64,000 bases of DNA. Source: Candidatus Binatia bacterium (GTDB lineage Bacteria; Desulfobacterota; Binatia; Bin18). The notes beneath the pieces are model-generated. The model ran no database searches. It saw only the letters and a list, made by a program, of their open reading frames with translations, and was not told where the DNA came from. The translations under genes were made by a program, and so were the position numbers. The stretch covers positions 256,001-320,000 of the forward strand of contig OY761159.2 of the NCBI GenBank assembly GCA_963664395.2, read 5' to 3'. This document shows, in pieces, positions 10,769 to 19,852 of the stretch (its first letter is position 1; every line of letters begins with the position of its first letter).

Positions 10769-11398
10769 TCACTCGACCTGGGTCATGACAAAGTTCTGAC
10801 TGTTCTGTTGCCACTCCAACGTCACCGTCTCGCCCGGCCCCGGAAAGTCCTCGACCGCACACTCCCCCGCGGCGCCCCGCAGAAACTCTGCCTCTGCCCC
10901 TTCCCCCACAGTCGTCACCTGCACCGTCGCCCGCCCGAGTTCCTCCTCGTCCACATAGGCCACCACGTCATGTTCCCCCGCACCCAGCAGATTCCAGTTG
11001 AACAACAATCCAAACCCATTGTCCGTGTCCCCACATACCCCTTGGGTGTCCAGCCGCTCGGTGCCGTAGGCCGCCGGTTGGGCCTCTCCGTTCAGTTCAA
11101 TCTCCACCTGCTCCGCTTCGCACACCCAGCCCGAGATGACCCCAATCCCGCTCTGAAACGAATGCGGCCCCGGGTTCTCTAACTGTCCCAGGGGTTGTGC
11201 TAGCGTCCCCAAAGGCCACCCGAGGACGGCGAGCAGCACCAGGCCGAGCAGGGCGAGGGCGGTCATAGTCCGTGCGAAGCGCCTCTCCAGGCTGGACGAC
11301 CGGACGCACCGGGCGCCAAAACTGGGAGGTGGGGGCGCGCACACAGCCCGTGTCAATTCCGTTCCCCGGCTCGTGCTCTGTTCGCTGGCCTGTAGCAT
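10769..11398 (-). CDS. Exported protein consisting of the same C-terminal domain alone
   Basis: Hydrophobic LALLGLVLLAVLGW then LENPG..FQSGIGVISGWVCE..FGLLFNWNLLG..LEWQQNSQNFV; start 11398 or 11266. Confidence 0.75.
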   Translation of the reverse strand: MLQASEQSTSRGTELTRAVCAPPPPSFGARCVRSSSLERRFARTMTALALLGLVLLAVLGWPLGTLAQPLGQLENPGPHSFQSGIGVISGWVCEAEQVEIELNGEAQPAAYGTERLDTQGVCGDTDNGFGLLFNWNLLGAGEHDVVAYVDEEELGRATVQVTTVGEGAEAEFLRGAAGECAVEDFPGPGETVTLEWQQNSQNFVMTQVE

Positions 11399-11450
11399 AC
11401 CGCTCTCTCCGCCCTCAGCGTGTGTACGGAGGATGCAATGGGGCGTCTCA

Positions 11451-11563
11451 CCCCCAATAATGGGGGATTTTCTATTAAAGTAAAGAGGTAAATAGTCCTG
11501 CAAAATCAATGACTTATACATAGTGGTAGGGCATATACCGACCAGCGCTCGGGCTGTCAAGTG
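11451..11563 (-). promoter_or_regulatory. Promoter module 1: TTGACA -35, IHF-like site, palindromic box
   Basis: Minus-strand TTGACA-17-TATATG; AATCAATGACTTA (11504-11516) fits WATCAANNNNTTR; CCCCCAATAATGGGGG (11451-11466). Confidence 0.6.
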
Positions 11564-11612
11564 CTGGTCGATAGGTGTCTGAACCTCGGGGGATGGACGG
11601 GGGCCGTAGCGG

Positions 11613-12746
11613 TCAGGCGAACTCGGTCAGCGCCCGCACCAACTGCACCAACTCGGCCTGCCGGGCGACGCCCAGCTTGCGATAGATGTGCTTCAGGTGC
11701 CAATGGATGGAGCTGACCTGCCGCCCCGTAGTCCCGGCAATTTCGCGGACGGTCTGCCCGTGCGCCAAGGCGACGGCGATTTGGCTCTCGGCTCGCGTCA
11801 GCCCCAGGGTCGTGGCCACCAGGGCGGGATCGATGCGAGACGGGCGCCCCGGCTCGACCAGCAGTACCAGCACGGCCACACGCCGCGCCCCGTAGTCCGG
11901 CGGCGACACGACCACGGGTTTGACGTGCACCACGACCGGCGGCAACACGGGCGAGCGATGGAGTAGCATCGACCCACTGACGGCAACCCCGGCGGACGGC
12001 AGCGCATTGGCCAGCAGGCGCGCCAGTTGGGCGTGGTCGGCCGGCCCGCGAGCCCGCAGTTCCCCGCTCCGATCCGACAGCCCGTCGCCGTGCCGCAGCA
12101 TGGCCTGGGCGCGGTCATTAGCGGCCATGACCCGCCCGCGCTGATCCAGGTGGATGACCCCCAGCCGGGAGGAGTCGAGCAGGTCGGGCACGGACGCGCC
12201 CAGCGCCTCGGCGCCGACCAGGGCCTGCCGGACCCGGACAAATTGCCGAATGTGGGGCAGCAGTCCTTTAATCAGTGCGAGTTGCGAGGATTCCCAGCCA
12301 CCCGAGGTGACGGGGTCATTGACACCCCAGGAGATGTGGGACCCGTCCGGCCCGTCCAGGCGGACATTCAAGCTGTTCTGGGCCGCGGCACGGGGCAACA
12401 CCTCGTTATAGGTGAGCGAGGTCCGCAACTCCTGGGCGGTGTACAGATCGGTGACGTGCACCAGGCGGCTGTCGGGCAGTTGCCGGAAACGGGGCACGCG
12501 TTCGTCGATGGGATGGTAAACTTCGAGGTATTTGCGCTCCAAGTCTTCGCGACGCTCCCCCCGGTAGTAGAGCCCGACGAAGAGGGCTCGGACGGCGTCC
12601 TTCGGGCCAGTACCGACCATTATGCCATTGCCCTGTATGCCGCAAGCCTCATCGATCAGGGCGGAGGTGGCGGGCCACAGGGTATCGTCGAGCATGGCCT
12701 CGTATAACGATACCAGGATGCGCTCAAATGCGTCTTGGACGCTCAT
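11613..12746 (-). CDS. LuxR-family HTH regulator with PAS-like sensor region
   Basis: LTRAESQIAVALAHG...HLKHIYRKLGVARQAELV; IHLDQRGRVMAAN PAS motif. Confidence 0.9.
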   Translation of the reverse strand: MSVQDAFERILVSLYEAMLDDTLWPATSALIDEACGIQGNGIMVGTGPKDAVRALFVGLYYRGERREDLERKYLEVYHPIDERVPRFRQLPDSRLVHVTDLYTAQELRTSLTYNEVLPRAAAQNSLNVRLDGPDGSHISWGVNDPVTSGGWESSQLALIKGLLPHIRQFVRVRQALVGAEALGASVPDLLDSSRLGVIHLDQRGRVMAANDRAQAMLRHGDGLSDRSGELRARGPADHAQLARLLANALPSAGVAVSGSMLLHRSPVLPPVVVHVKPVVVSPPDYGARRVAVLVLLVEPGRPSRIDPALVATTLGLTRAESQIAVALAHGQTVREIAGTTGRQVSSIHWHLKHIYRKLGVARQAELVQLVRALTEFA

Positions 12747-12838
12747 GCCGCAGCTTCCTTCCGTTCGTCCACACCCGGCTCTCTACAGTGGTGATGGAAT
12801 GATTTGTGCAGCAGATCAGTCTCCAACAGGCCATATCT

Positions 12839-12955
12839 CCCCCCATCATTAGGGTATTACCCCCTAATGATGGGGGATTCAATAAGTTATGTGAAATCAA
12901 TAACTTAGACACTATAACAAGGATACGTATAAACAAACATCCGACCTGTCAAGTG
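12839..12955 (-). promoter_or_regulatory. Promoter module 2: TTGACA, IHF-like site, double palindromic box
   Basis: 15-bp inverted repeat CCCCCATCATTAGGG/CCCTAATGATGGGGG; AATCAATAACTTA (12895-12907); CTGTCAAGTG shared with module 1. Confidence 0.6.
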
Positions 12956-13110
12956 TTTAATGCATGCTGTATGTTTCTCGACTGCCGCCGCTGCGGTCGG
13001 ATCACGTCCGGCAGGACAGGGCGGCGACTGGCAGGCGTCAAACATCCGCGTCGGGGCGGACTTCCAGTGTCGGACGCCCTACCGGGGACGGGGACTGACC
13101 GAGCCGTCCC

Positions 13111-13139
13111 TTGATTCCCGCCAGTCCGACCGCAATAAT
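13111..13139 (+). promoter_or_regulatory. Putative sigma70 promoter for hisH
   Basis: TTGATT-17-AATAAT ending 11 nt before the ATG. Confidence 0.45.
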
Positions 13140-13150
13140 GGCCCTCCACT

Positions 13151-13801
13151 ATGATCGCGATTATTGATTACGGCATGGGTAATCTGCGCAGTGTCCAAAA
13201 GGGCTTTGAAAAGATGGGCCATGCGGCAACCGTCACCCGGGATGCCGCGCAGATTGAGGCCGCCGCCGGCGTTGTCCTGCCGGGGGTGGGCGCGTTTGGA
13301 GCGTGCATGGATGGCCTGGCCGCATGCGGCTTGGTTGATACTGTCCATCGGGTGGTTGAGCGGGGCATTCCTTTTCTCGGCATCTGTGTGGGGATGCAGA
13401 TTCTATTTTCGGAAAGTGTCGAGTTCGGCCGGGTCCGGGGGTTGGATATTCTGAAAGGCAAGATCGTGCGGTTTGATCCGACTACCCTGGCCGGGCAGAA
13501 AATTCCGCATATGGGCTGGAATCAGCTCCAGGTTCAACAGCGGCCCCCCCATCTCGACGGCGTGGCCGAGGACGCGAGCGTGTATTTCGTGCATTCGTAT
13601 TATCCGGTCCCGGATGACGCGGCGATTATTGCCACCACCACGGAGTATGGGTTGCCGTTCGCCTCAAGCGTGTGGTCGGGCAATATCTTTGCCACCCAGT
13701 TTCATCCGGAAAAAAGCCAGGCGATTGGCCTGAGAATTCTGGCCAACTTCGGACATCTCGTCCGCGAGCAGCGCTCGGGCCTCACCCCACCCTGGTTATG
13801 A
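13151..13801 (+). CDS. hisH: Imidazole glycerol phosphate synthase, glutaminase subunit
   Basis: DYGMGNL, PGVGAF, GICVGMQ, PHMGWN, QFHPEKS. Confidence 0.97.
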   Translation: MIAIIDYGMGNLRSVQKGFEKMGHAATVTRDAAQIEAAAGVVLPGVGAFGACMDGLAACGLVDTVHRVVERGIPFLGICVGMQILFSESVEFGRVRGLDILKGKIVRFDPTTLAGQKIPHMGWNQLQVQQRPPHLDGVAEDASVYFVHSYYPVPDDAAIIATTTEYGLPFASSVWSGNIFATQFHPEKSQAIGLRILANFGHLVREQRSGLTPPWL

Positions 13802-13863
13802 CACCATTCCGGTCGGCCACGTGCACACCCTCACTGACAGCGCGCTTGACGGAGGTTGTGTAT

Positions 13864-13894
13864 TTGACATAGATTTGACTAACTTGGTCATAAT
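13864..13894 (+). promoter_or_regulatory. Toxin-antitoxin promoter with operator palindrome
   Basis: TTGACA...CATAAT with TGACTAA-C-TTGGTCA inverted repeat between them. Confidence 0.5.
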
Positions 13895-13906
13895 GGAGAA
13901 GACTCC

Positions 13907-14203
13907 GTGAGGAAATCTCATCACGTCAAACAGAAGCATCCGGCACCCATTCCCGGCTGGAAGTTGGGAGAGGCCAAGGCAAAGTTCAGCGAACTCGTGC
14001 GCCGGGCCACGGCTGGGCAGCCGCAGCGGGTCACGGTGCACGGTAAAGACGCGGTGGTCATCGTCGCCGCGGACGCATTCGATGCCCTCCGGGCACGACA
14101 GCACCCGTCCGGTCTGCATGCCCTACTGTCTCAGTCGCCGCTCAGCCGTCTCCCATTCGGGGAAGACGGGGTGCGGAGCCCGGTCCGTGAGGTCGAGTTG
14201 TGA
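13907..14203 (+). CDS. Phd/YefM-family antitoxin
   Basis: WKLGEAKAKFSELVRRA..PQRVTVHG. Confidence 0.9.
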   Translation: MRKSHHVKQKHPAPIPGWKLGEAKAKFSELVRRATAGQPQRVTVHGKDAVVIVAADAFDALRARQHPSGLHALLSQSPLSRLPFGEDGVRSPVREVEL

Positions 14204-14628
14204 CGGGATGGCTGCTCGACACCAACGTTGTCTCTGAACTCCGCAAGAAGCGCCCCAACCGTCATGTCAAAGCCTGGGCGGACGCGCAAGCCTCGGACAG
14301 CCTCTTCCTCAGCAGCGTCACCGTGGCCGAGATTCGCTATGGCATCGAAAAACAGCCTGACCCTGCGTTTCGCAATGAACTGGCACAGTGGCTCGACCAC
14401 TCTCTACGTCCCTGGTTTGCCGGGCGCATCCTGCCCGTAGACGAGGAGGTGATCCTGGAATGGCGTCGCATGGTGGCCCGGGGTCGAGACCGCTCAGTCA
14501 CGTTCAGCCAGCCCGACCTCTTCATCGCGGCCACTGCGGCGGTGCATGCACTTACCGTCTGTACCCGCAATGCAGGCGATTTTCACGGGACAGAGGTCCC
14601 GGTCTTCAATCCGTGGGTGACATGCTGA
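14200..14628 (+). CDS. vapC: VapC-family PIN-domain toxin
   Basis: LLDTNVVSE, DLFIAATA, TRN..DF; GTGA overlap with the antitoxin. Confidence 0.92.
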   Translation: MTGWLLDTNVVSELRKKRPNRHVKAWADAQASDSLFLSSVTVAEIRYGIEKQPDPAFRNELAQWLDHSLRPWFAGRILPVDEEVILEWRRMVARGRDRSVTFSQPDLFIAATAAVHALTVCTRNAGDFHGTEVPVFNPWVTC

Positions 14629-15353
14629 TTATTCCGGCCATTGACCTGAAAGCCGGACAGTGCGTCCGCCTCTACCAGGGGGATATGGACCGGGCCACGG
14701 TCTACTCGGACGACCCGGTTGAAACCGCGCTGCGCTGGCAGCGGGAAGGCGCCCCGCGGCTGCACGTGGTGGACCTTGACGCCGCGGTCAGCGGCACCAC
14801 GGCCAATACCAGTGCGATTGAGCGCATCTGTCAGGCCCTGAGCATTCCGGTTCAGGTCGGGGGCGGCATCCGCAGCCTGGCCACGCTCGAACGCCTGCTC
14901 GCTCTCGGTGTCAGTCGCGCGATCCTGGGGACGGTGGCTCATCGTCAGCCGGCTCTTGTGGCGGAAGCCTGCGCCCAGTTCCCCGGCCGGATTACGGTCG
15001 GCATTGATGCCCGGGCCGGTCGGGTGGCCGTCCAAGGCTGGACAGAAACGACCGACCTGGAGGCCACGGACCTGGCGCTGCGCTGTCAGGACCAGGGGGT
15101 GAGTGAAATCGTCTATACGGATATCAGCCGCGACGGGACCCAGCAGGGCGTGAACCATGAGGCGACAGGAGCTCTGGCCGAGGCCGTCTCCGTCCCGGTC
15201 ATTGCCTCGGGCGGGGTGGCGAGTACCGCCGACATTCAACGTCTCCTGCCGTTTGAATCATCGGGGGTCATGGGAGTGATTATCGGGCGGGCGCTGTATA
15301 CCGGAGGCGTGCAGTTGGGGGAAGCGATTCGGCTGGGTGCCTCCCGCGGATAA
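14622..15353 (+). CDS. hisA: ProFAR isomerase
   Basis: MLIIPAIDL..CVRLYQG, HVVDLD, QVGGGIR, TDISRDG; true start 14622. Confidence 0.96.
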   Translation: MLIIPAIDLKAGQCVRLYQGDMDRATVYSDDPVETALRWQREGAPRLHVVDLDAAVSGTTANTSAIERICQALSIPVQVGGGIRSLATLERLLALGVSRAILGTVAHRQPALVAEACAQFPGRITVGIDARAGRVAVQGWTETTDLEATDLALRCQDQGVSEIVYTDISRDGTQQGVNHEATGALAEAVSVPVIASGGVASTADIQRLLPFESSGVMGVIIGRALYTGGVQLGEAIRLGASRG

Positions 15354-15380
15354 GACTCTTCTACAGAGCTGCCCGTGCCC

Positions 15381-15824
15381 TCATTCCGGTGGCGTCTCCG
15401 AGACAGCTCCCTGTTCAATATGGGTTTGGATGGTTTGGAAAGCCTGGAGCAGGTCGGTCGAAGTCAGAATCCCGCAGACCCGGTCGTGCTCGACCACCGG
15501 CAGGCAGTTGATGCGACGGCTCAGCATCTGGGCGGCGGCTTCGGACAGCCGGGTGTCGGGTTGCACGGTCACCACGGCAGACCACATGATATTGGCGACC
15601 GTGAGCCGTTCAAGGTCTGACTCCCGGCTCATGCAGCGCAGCAGGTCGCGGTCGGAAATCACACCGGCCAAGCGGGCATCGGTATCGATCACCAGCAAAT
15701 GCCGGAAGCGATGCTGGGCCAGGAGGGCCAATGCCTGGGCAAACGGTTGCTGCGGCCTGAGCGCCACCACATCTCGGGTCATCACCTCTTTGACCTGCTG
15801 CGGATAGGTTTTCTTAGCTGCCAT
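15381..15824 (-). CDS. CBS-pair protein
   Basis: VKEVMTRDVV..FRHLLV; INCLPVV..GILTSTDLL. Confidence 0.88.
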   Translation of the reverse strand: MAAKKTYPQQVKEVMTRDVVALRPQQPFAQALALLAQHRFRHLLVIDTDARLAGVISDRDLLRCMSRESDLERLTVANIMWSAVVTVQPDTRLSEAAAQMLSRRINCLPVVEHDRVCGILTSTDLLQAFQTIQTHIEQGAVSETPPE

Positions 15825-15954
15825 GCGACTCTACTCCGTCTGAGCGTTTTCACACTGTGCGATCCTAGCATATAATCGAAGCGCCGGGCATACGCATTTT
15901 TCCCTTGTCGCCTCCGGCTCGCTTCCTCTACAATGAAGACAGGGAACGCAGGGG

Positions 15955-16933
15955 ATGGCACAAGCGATATTTCACCCACTTCGACGCCTCCGCCAGGCGA
16001 TTATCAAGCAGTTCGCCGCCCTGCTGACCAAACCCCTCAAGAACTATGCGGTTCGTTTCCCGAACAACCTGGACGCGCTCAAAAGCCAGATACGCAAAGG
16101 GGATGTCCTGCTTGTGGAAGGCTCTCAGCGTATTAGCGAGGCAGTTAAATATCTCACCCAGAGTTCCTGGTCGCACTCGACCATCTACATTGGCGCTGAA
16201 CTGATTCGCGGCAACCATCCGCTGGCGGAGCAGGCCCGGACCACTTTTGGCGACGACGCCCAGTTCCTGTTAGTGGAAGCGCTGGTTGAGGAAGGGGTCG
16301 TGCTGTCCTCCCTGTCGAAGTACGCCGAGTACAATATCCGTCTGTGCCGCCCGCACAACCTCCAGCCTCAGGACTGCCAAGTTATTTTGGACGATGTGAT
16401 CAGTCAGCTCGGCTATACGTATGATCTCCAGAATATCCTGGACCTGGCACGCTATTTCCTGCCGGTCAGTTTGGTCCCGCGCCGGTTTCGCCAGCGGGCG
16501 CTCAATTTTGGGAGCGGGCTGCCAACCCAGGTCATCTGTTCCAGTATGATTGCTGCGGCCTTTGGCAAAGTCCGCTTTCCCATTCTGCCCCACGTCGAGC
16601 TTTCCCATTCTGCCCCACGTCGAGTCTACTCCCGATTCTCAGGAAACGCATTCACCCTTTTACCGCCGCTTCTTTGCCAAGGAGCTTGACACCGGACGAC
16701 CGGTTTTTCGTCGTCGGCACCCCACCCTGATTACCCCGCGCGATTTCGATCTGTCGCCCTATTTCCATGCAATTAAATTCAATACTATCGCTTCACAGCG
16801 GCTCGACTATCGGAATATCATCTGGGCCGAAGATGCCATCCCGGCTTCAGCGGAGACAGCGGCAGGTCCGGCTCCATCTGACGGCGAAGCCCCCGCCCTC
16901 CCTTCTCCGGAAGACCTGCAACCAGCTTCCTAG
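15955..16933 (+). pseudogene. Permuted papain-like YiiX/YebB (NlpC/P60-like) protein, frameshifted
   Basis: GDVLLV, SSWSH, ICSSMIA in frame 1; [11 protein letters not shown]-terminus in another frame; 25-bp tandem duplication at 16574-16623. Confidence 0.8.
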
Positions 16934-16979
16934 CCGAGCCTCTCTTGACAGTTTTTCAAAAACGCCTGACACTTCGGCC

Positions 16980-17747
16980 ATGCTGAGCAAACGTATTATT
17001 CCGTGTCTGGATGTCAAAGACGGGCGCGTGGTGAAAGGCGTAAATTTTGTCGATTTGCGCGATGCCGGCGACCCGGTTGAAGTCGCGCAACGGTATGATG
17101 CAGAGGGTGCGGATGAGTTGACCTTTCTTGACATTACGGCTTCACACGAACGCCGCCGGATTATTCTGGATGTCGTCCAAAAAACGGCGGAAACCGTTTT
17201 CATGCCGCTGACCGTGGGCGGCGGCGTGCGCGAGAACCGGGATATTCGCAATCTGCTTAATGCCGGCGCGGATAAGGTCTCGATCAACACCGCGGCAGTC
17301 AACCGGCCCGAGTTTGTCAAAGAAGCTGCCGAACGCTTCGGGAGTCAGTGCATCGTGGTGGCGATTGATGCCAAACGGAAACCGGCCTCCGAGCCGTCCG
17401 GTTGGGAGGTCTTTATTCATGGCGGACGCACCCCGACGGGCCTTGATGCCATCGAATGGGCGCAACGCATGGAACAGTATGGCTCTGGGGAAATACTGCT
17501 GACCAGTATGGACCGAGACGGGACCAAGGAAGGCTATGACATCGAGCTCACCCGCGCCATATCGGAAGCGGTCACGATTCCGGTCATTGCCTCGGGTGGG
17601 GTTGGAAATTTGCAGCATATTTACGAGGGCCTCACCGCCGGCAAGGCCGACGCTGCCCTGGCGGCCTCAATTTTTCACTACCAGGAATACACGGTGCGCG
17701 CGTGTAAAGACTTTTTAGACGCGCGGGGAGTACCAGTTCGATTGTAA
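16980..17747 (+). CDS. hisF: Imidazole glycerol phosphate synthase, cyclase subunit
   Basis: [33 protein letters not shown]. Confidence 0.97.
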   Translation: MLSKRIIPCLDVKDGRVVKGVNFVDLRDAGDPVEVAQRYDAEGADELTFLDITASHERRRIILDVVQKTAETVFMPLTVGGGVRENRDIRNLLNAGADKVSINTAAVNRPEFVKEAAERFGSQCIVVAIDAKRKPASEPSGWEVFIHGGRTPTGLDAIEWAQRMEQYGSGEILLTSMDRDGTKEGYDIELTRAISEAVTIPVIASGGVGNLQHIYEGLTAGKADAALAASIFHYQEYTVRACKDFLDARGVPVRL

Positions 17748-17757
17748 GGAGGGATAT

Positions 17758-18630
17758 ATGGCCAAGATCATAATCGAAGCGGCAATCAACGGGAATTCCG
17801 ATAAGGCACTGAATCCCCATATTGCCTATAGCCCGGAAGATATTGCCGCCGATGCCATCGCAACCTGTCAGGCCGGCGCGGCCGCGGTTCATTTTCATGT
17901 CAGGAATCCGGAGACGGGCGAATGGGTGCAGGACGTCGCGTATTATAGCCAGGTGTTCAAGCGGACGCGCGCGCACTGCAACCCGATTCTCTGGCCCACG
18001 TTTCCGTTTGGCGACGACCCGGTTGAACGCTTTGCCCATTTTCTGGAACTCGCCAAAGACCCGGCCACCAAACCGGACCTGGGCTGGGCTGACCCCGGCT
18101 CGGTCAACCTTGTTTCGTATGACGCGCGGACAAAAGTACTCTCGGGTGGAAATTTCGTCTATCGGAATTCGTATGATGCCAATCGATATTTTCTGGAACA
18201 GTCGCGTGAGTGCGGAGTGAGACCAACGCTCCAAATTTTTGATCCCAGTTTTCTCCGGGCGGTTTTAGTCTTTCTGGACCAGGGCCTCCTGACCGAACCG
18301 CTGTTGCTCAAATTCTATTTTGGTGGCCCGGAGCTGCCATTCGGACTGCCGCCTTCACTCAAGAGCCTGGAAGCCTATTTAGACATGCTCAAGGGTGTGC
18401 GCTGCAATTGGTTCGCCGCAACGCTCGGAGGGGATAATCTCCCGTTTATCCCTCAGATCATAAGCTTGGGCGGCCATGTCCGGCTTGGCCTTGAAGACCA
18501 CAATTATGCGCATGAGGGCCAGCTAACGAACCCGCAACTCGTCGAGCGCGCAGTGGCGACCATTACCGGCATGGGCCACGAGGTGGCGACTCCGGACGAA
18601 GCGCGGGCAATGCTGGAAGCCCGGACATGA
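17758..18630 (+). CDS. Beta-keto acid cleavage enzyme (3-keto-5-aminohexanoate cleavage family)
   Basis: AGAAAVHFHVR, GGHVRLGLED. Confidence 0.9.
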   Translation: MAKIIIEAAINGNSDKALNPHIAYSPEDIAADAIATCQAGAAAVHFHVRNPETGEWVQDVAYYSQVFKRTRAHCNPILWPTFPFGDDPVERFAHFLELAKDPATKPDLGWADPGSVNLVSYDARTKVLSGGNFVYRNSYDANRYFLEQSRECGVRPTLQIFDPSFLRAVLVFLDQGLLTEPLLLKFYFGGPELPFGLPPSLKSLEAYLDMLKGVRCNWFAATLGGDNLPFIPQIISLGGHVRLGLEDHNYAHEGQLTNPQLVERAVATITGMGHEVATPDEARAMLEART

Positions 18631-19160
18631 CACCCACCACACTCATCGCCCAGATCCATGAGAGCGCGAGTAGGGCGATGCTTGTGGTGACCGGTGGTGG
18701 GACGCAGGCGCTCGCAGACCTGCTGGCTATCCCGGGCGCTTCACGTACCGTGCTTGAAGCTGTAGTTCCGTATAGTGAAGCAGCGCTCAACGAGTTTCTT
18801 GGGGCCAGCCCACACCAGGCCGTGTGTGTTGAAACCGCGGCCGCACTGGCCGGCGCAGCATATAGGCGTGCGGTACTGTTGCACGATGCGGAGGGACCAC
18901 TCGTTGGCGTCTCCTGTACGGCCGCTCTGGCGACAGACCGGTTCAAAAAAGGTGACCACCGCGCTCACATCGGCATCAGTACGGTAGAGGAAACCCGTGT
19001 CTATTCATGTACGCTGACCAAAGGCGCACGAGACCGGCAGGCTGAAGAACGGGTCGTCAGCGACCTGCTGCTGACGGTCCTGGCACGGGCGTGCGGTCTG
19101 CGCGTTACACTCGATGTACCGCTGCTGGCCGATGAGCGTATAGTGGAGCAGGCCGTATGA
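18627..19160 (+). CDS. CinA/PncC-like domain protein
   Basis: TGGGTQA..PGASRTVLEAVVPYS, CTAALATDR.KKGDHR. Confidence 0.7.
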   Translation: MTPTTLIAQIHESASRAMLVVTGGGTQALADLLAIPGASRTVLEAVVPYSEAALNEFLGASPHQAVCVETAAALAGAAYRRAVLLHDAEGPLVGVSCTAALATDRFKKGDHRAHIGISTVEETRVYSCTLTKGARDRQAEERVVSDLLLTVLARACGLRVTLDVPLLADERIVEQAV

Positions 19161-19196
19161 AGAACTTTTTGTTTCATTGAGACTGCGACAATAGTT

Positions 19197-19775
19197 ATGA
19201 AAATTGGAATCGTTTCTGACATCCACGCCGACGCGCCGGTCCTCCAGCGCGTGCTCAACGACATGCCCAGCACTGATTTGTTATTGTGTCCTGGAGACGC
19301 GGTGAGTGAATACCGTTTCTGCCCGGACACGGTCGCTCTTCTACAAGATGCAAAGGTGCGCTGCATTCAGGGCAATCACGAAGTCGTCCTTTTTGGTGGC
19401 CGTAACCCCGCCTACCTGAAGAAGTGTCAGGATACCTTCCCGGCAGAGTCGCTCGCCTTTCTTGCAAACGCCCCACTCACCCAGGAGTTTGAGTGTGATG
19501 GCCTGAGAATTCTCATGATCCATGCCAGTCCGTGGGAACCCTATGAGGAGTATATCTATCCGGGCAGCAAGCGCTTGGACGAGTTCGCCGCCCTGCCCTA
19601 TGATATGGTCTGCTTCGGGCACACCCATGTTCCTCTGGTGCATCAGGCGGGAGATGTGGTTGTCATTAATCCGGGGTCGTGCTCGCAGCCGCGCGACCAG
19701 GACCGTCGGGGTGCCTATGCTCTCTTTGATACCCGGACGAAAGAAGGAACGATTCATCGGGTCACGCTGACATGA
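19197..19775 (+). CDS. YfcE-like metallophosphoesterase
   Basis: SDIH, GD, GNHE, GHTH, NPGS. Confidence 0.9.
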   Translation: MKIGIVSDIHADAPVLQRVLNDMPSTDLLLCPGDAVSEYRFCPDTVALLQDAKVRCIQGNHEVVLFGGRNPAYLKKCQDTFPAESLAFLANAPLTQEFECDGLRILMIHASPWEPYEEYIYPGSKRLDEFAALPYDMVCFGHTHVPLVHQAGDVVVINPGSCSQPRDQDRRGAYALFDTRTKEGTIHRVTLT

Positions 19776-19783
19776 ATCCGGAA

Positions 19784-19832
19784 CGGGGAAGAGGGCTGGG
19801 ATGAGGGGGACAATGCAAACTGAGACACCACC
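19784..19832 (+). repeat. REP-like purine tract plus CAAACTGAGACACCACC motif
   Basis: Motif recurs at 34901-34920 and 42261-42280. Confidence 0.55.
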
Positions 19833-19852
19833 AAAAAAGGAGACCGTCTGCC

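Noticed and set aside
14388-14621. N-terminal extension of HisA in the ORF track
   Set aside because: It overlaps vapC; the canonical HisA start MLIIPAID is at 14622. Similar over-extensions were trimmed for hisF, moaC, bioF, bioB and others.
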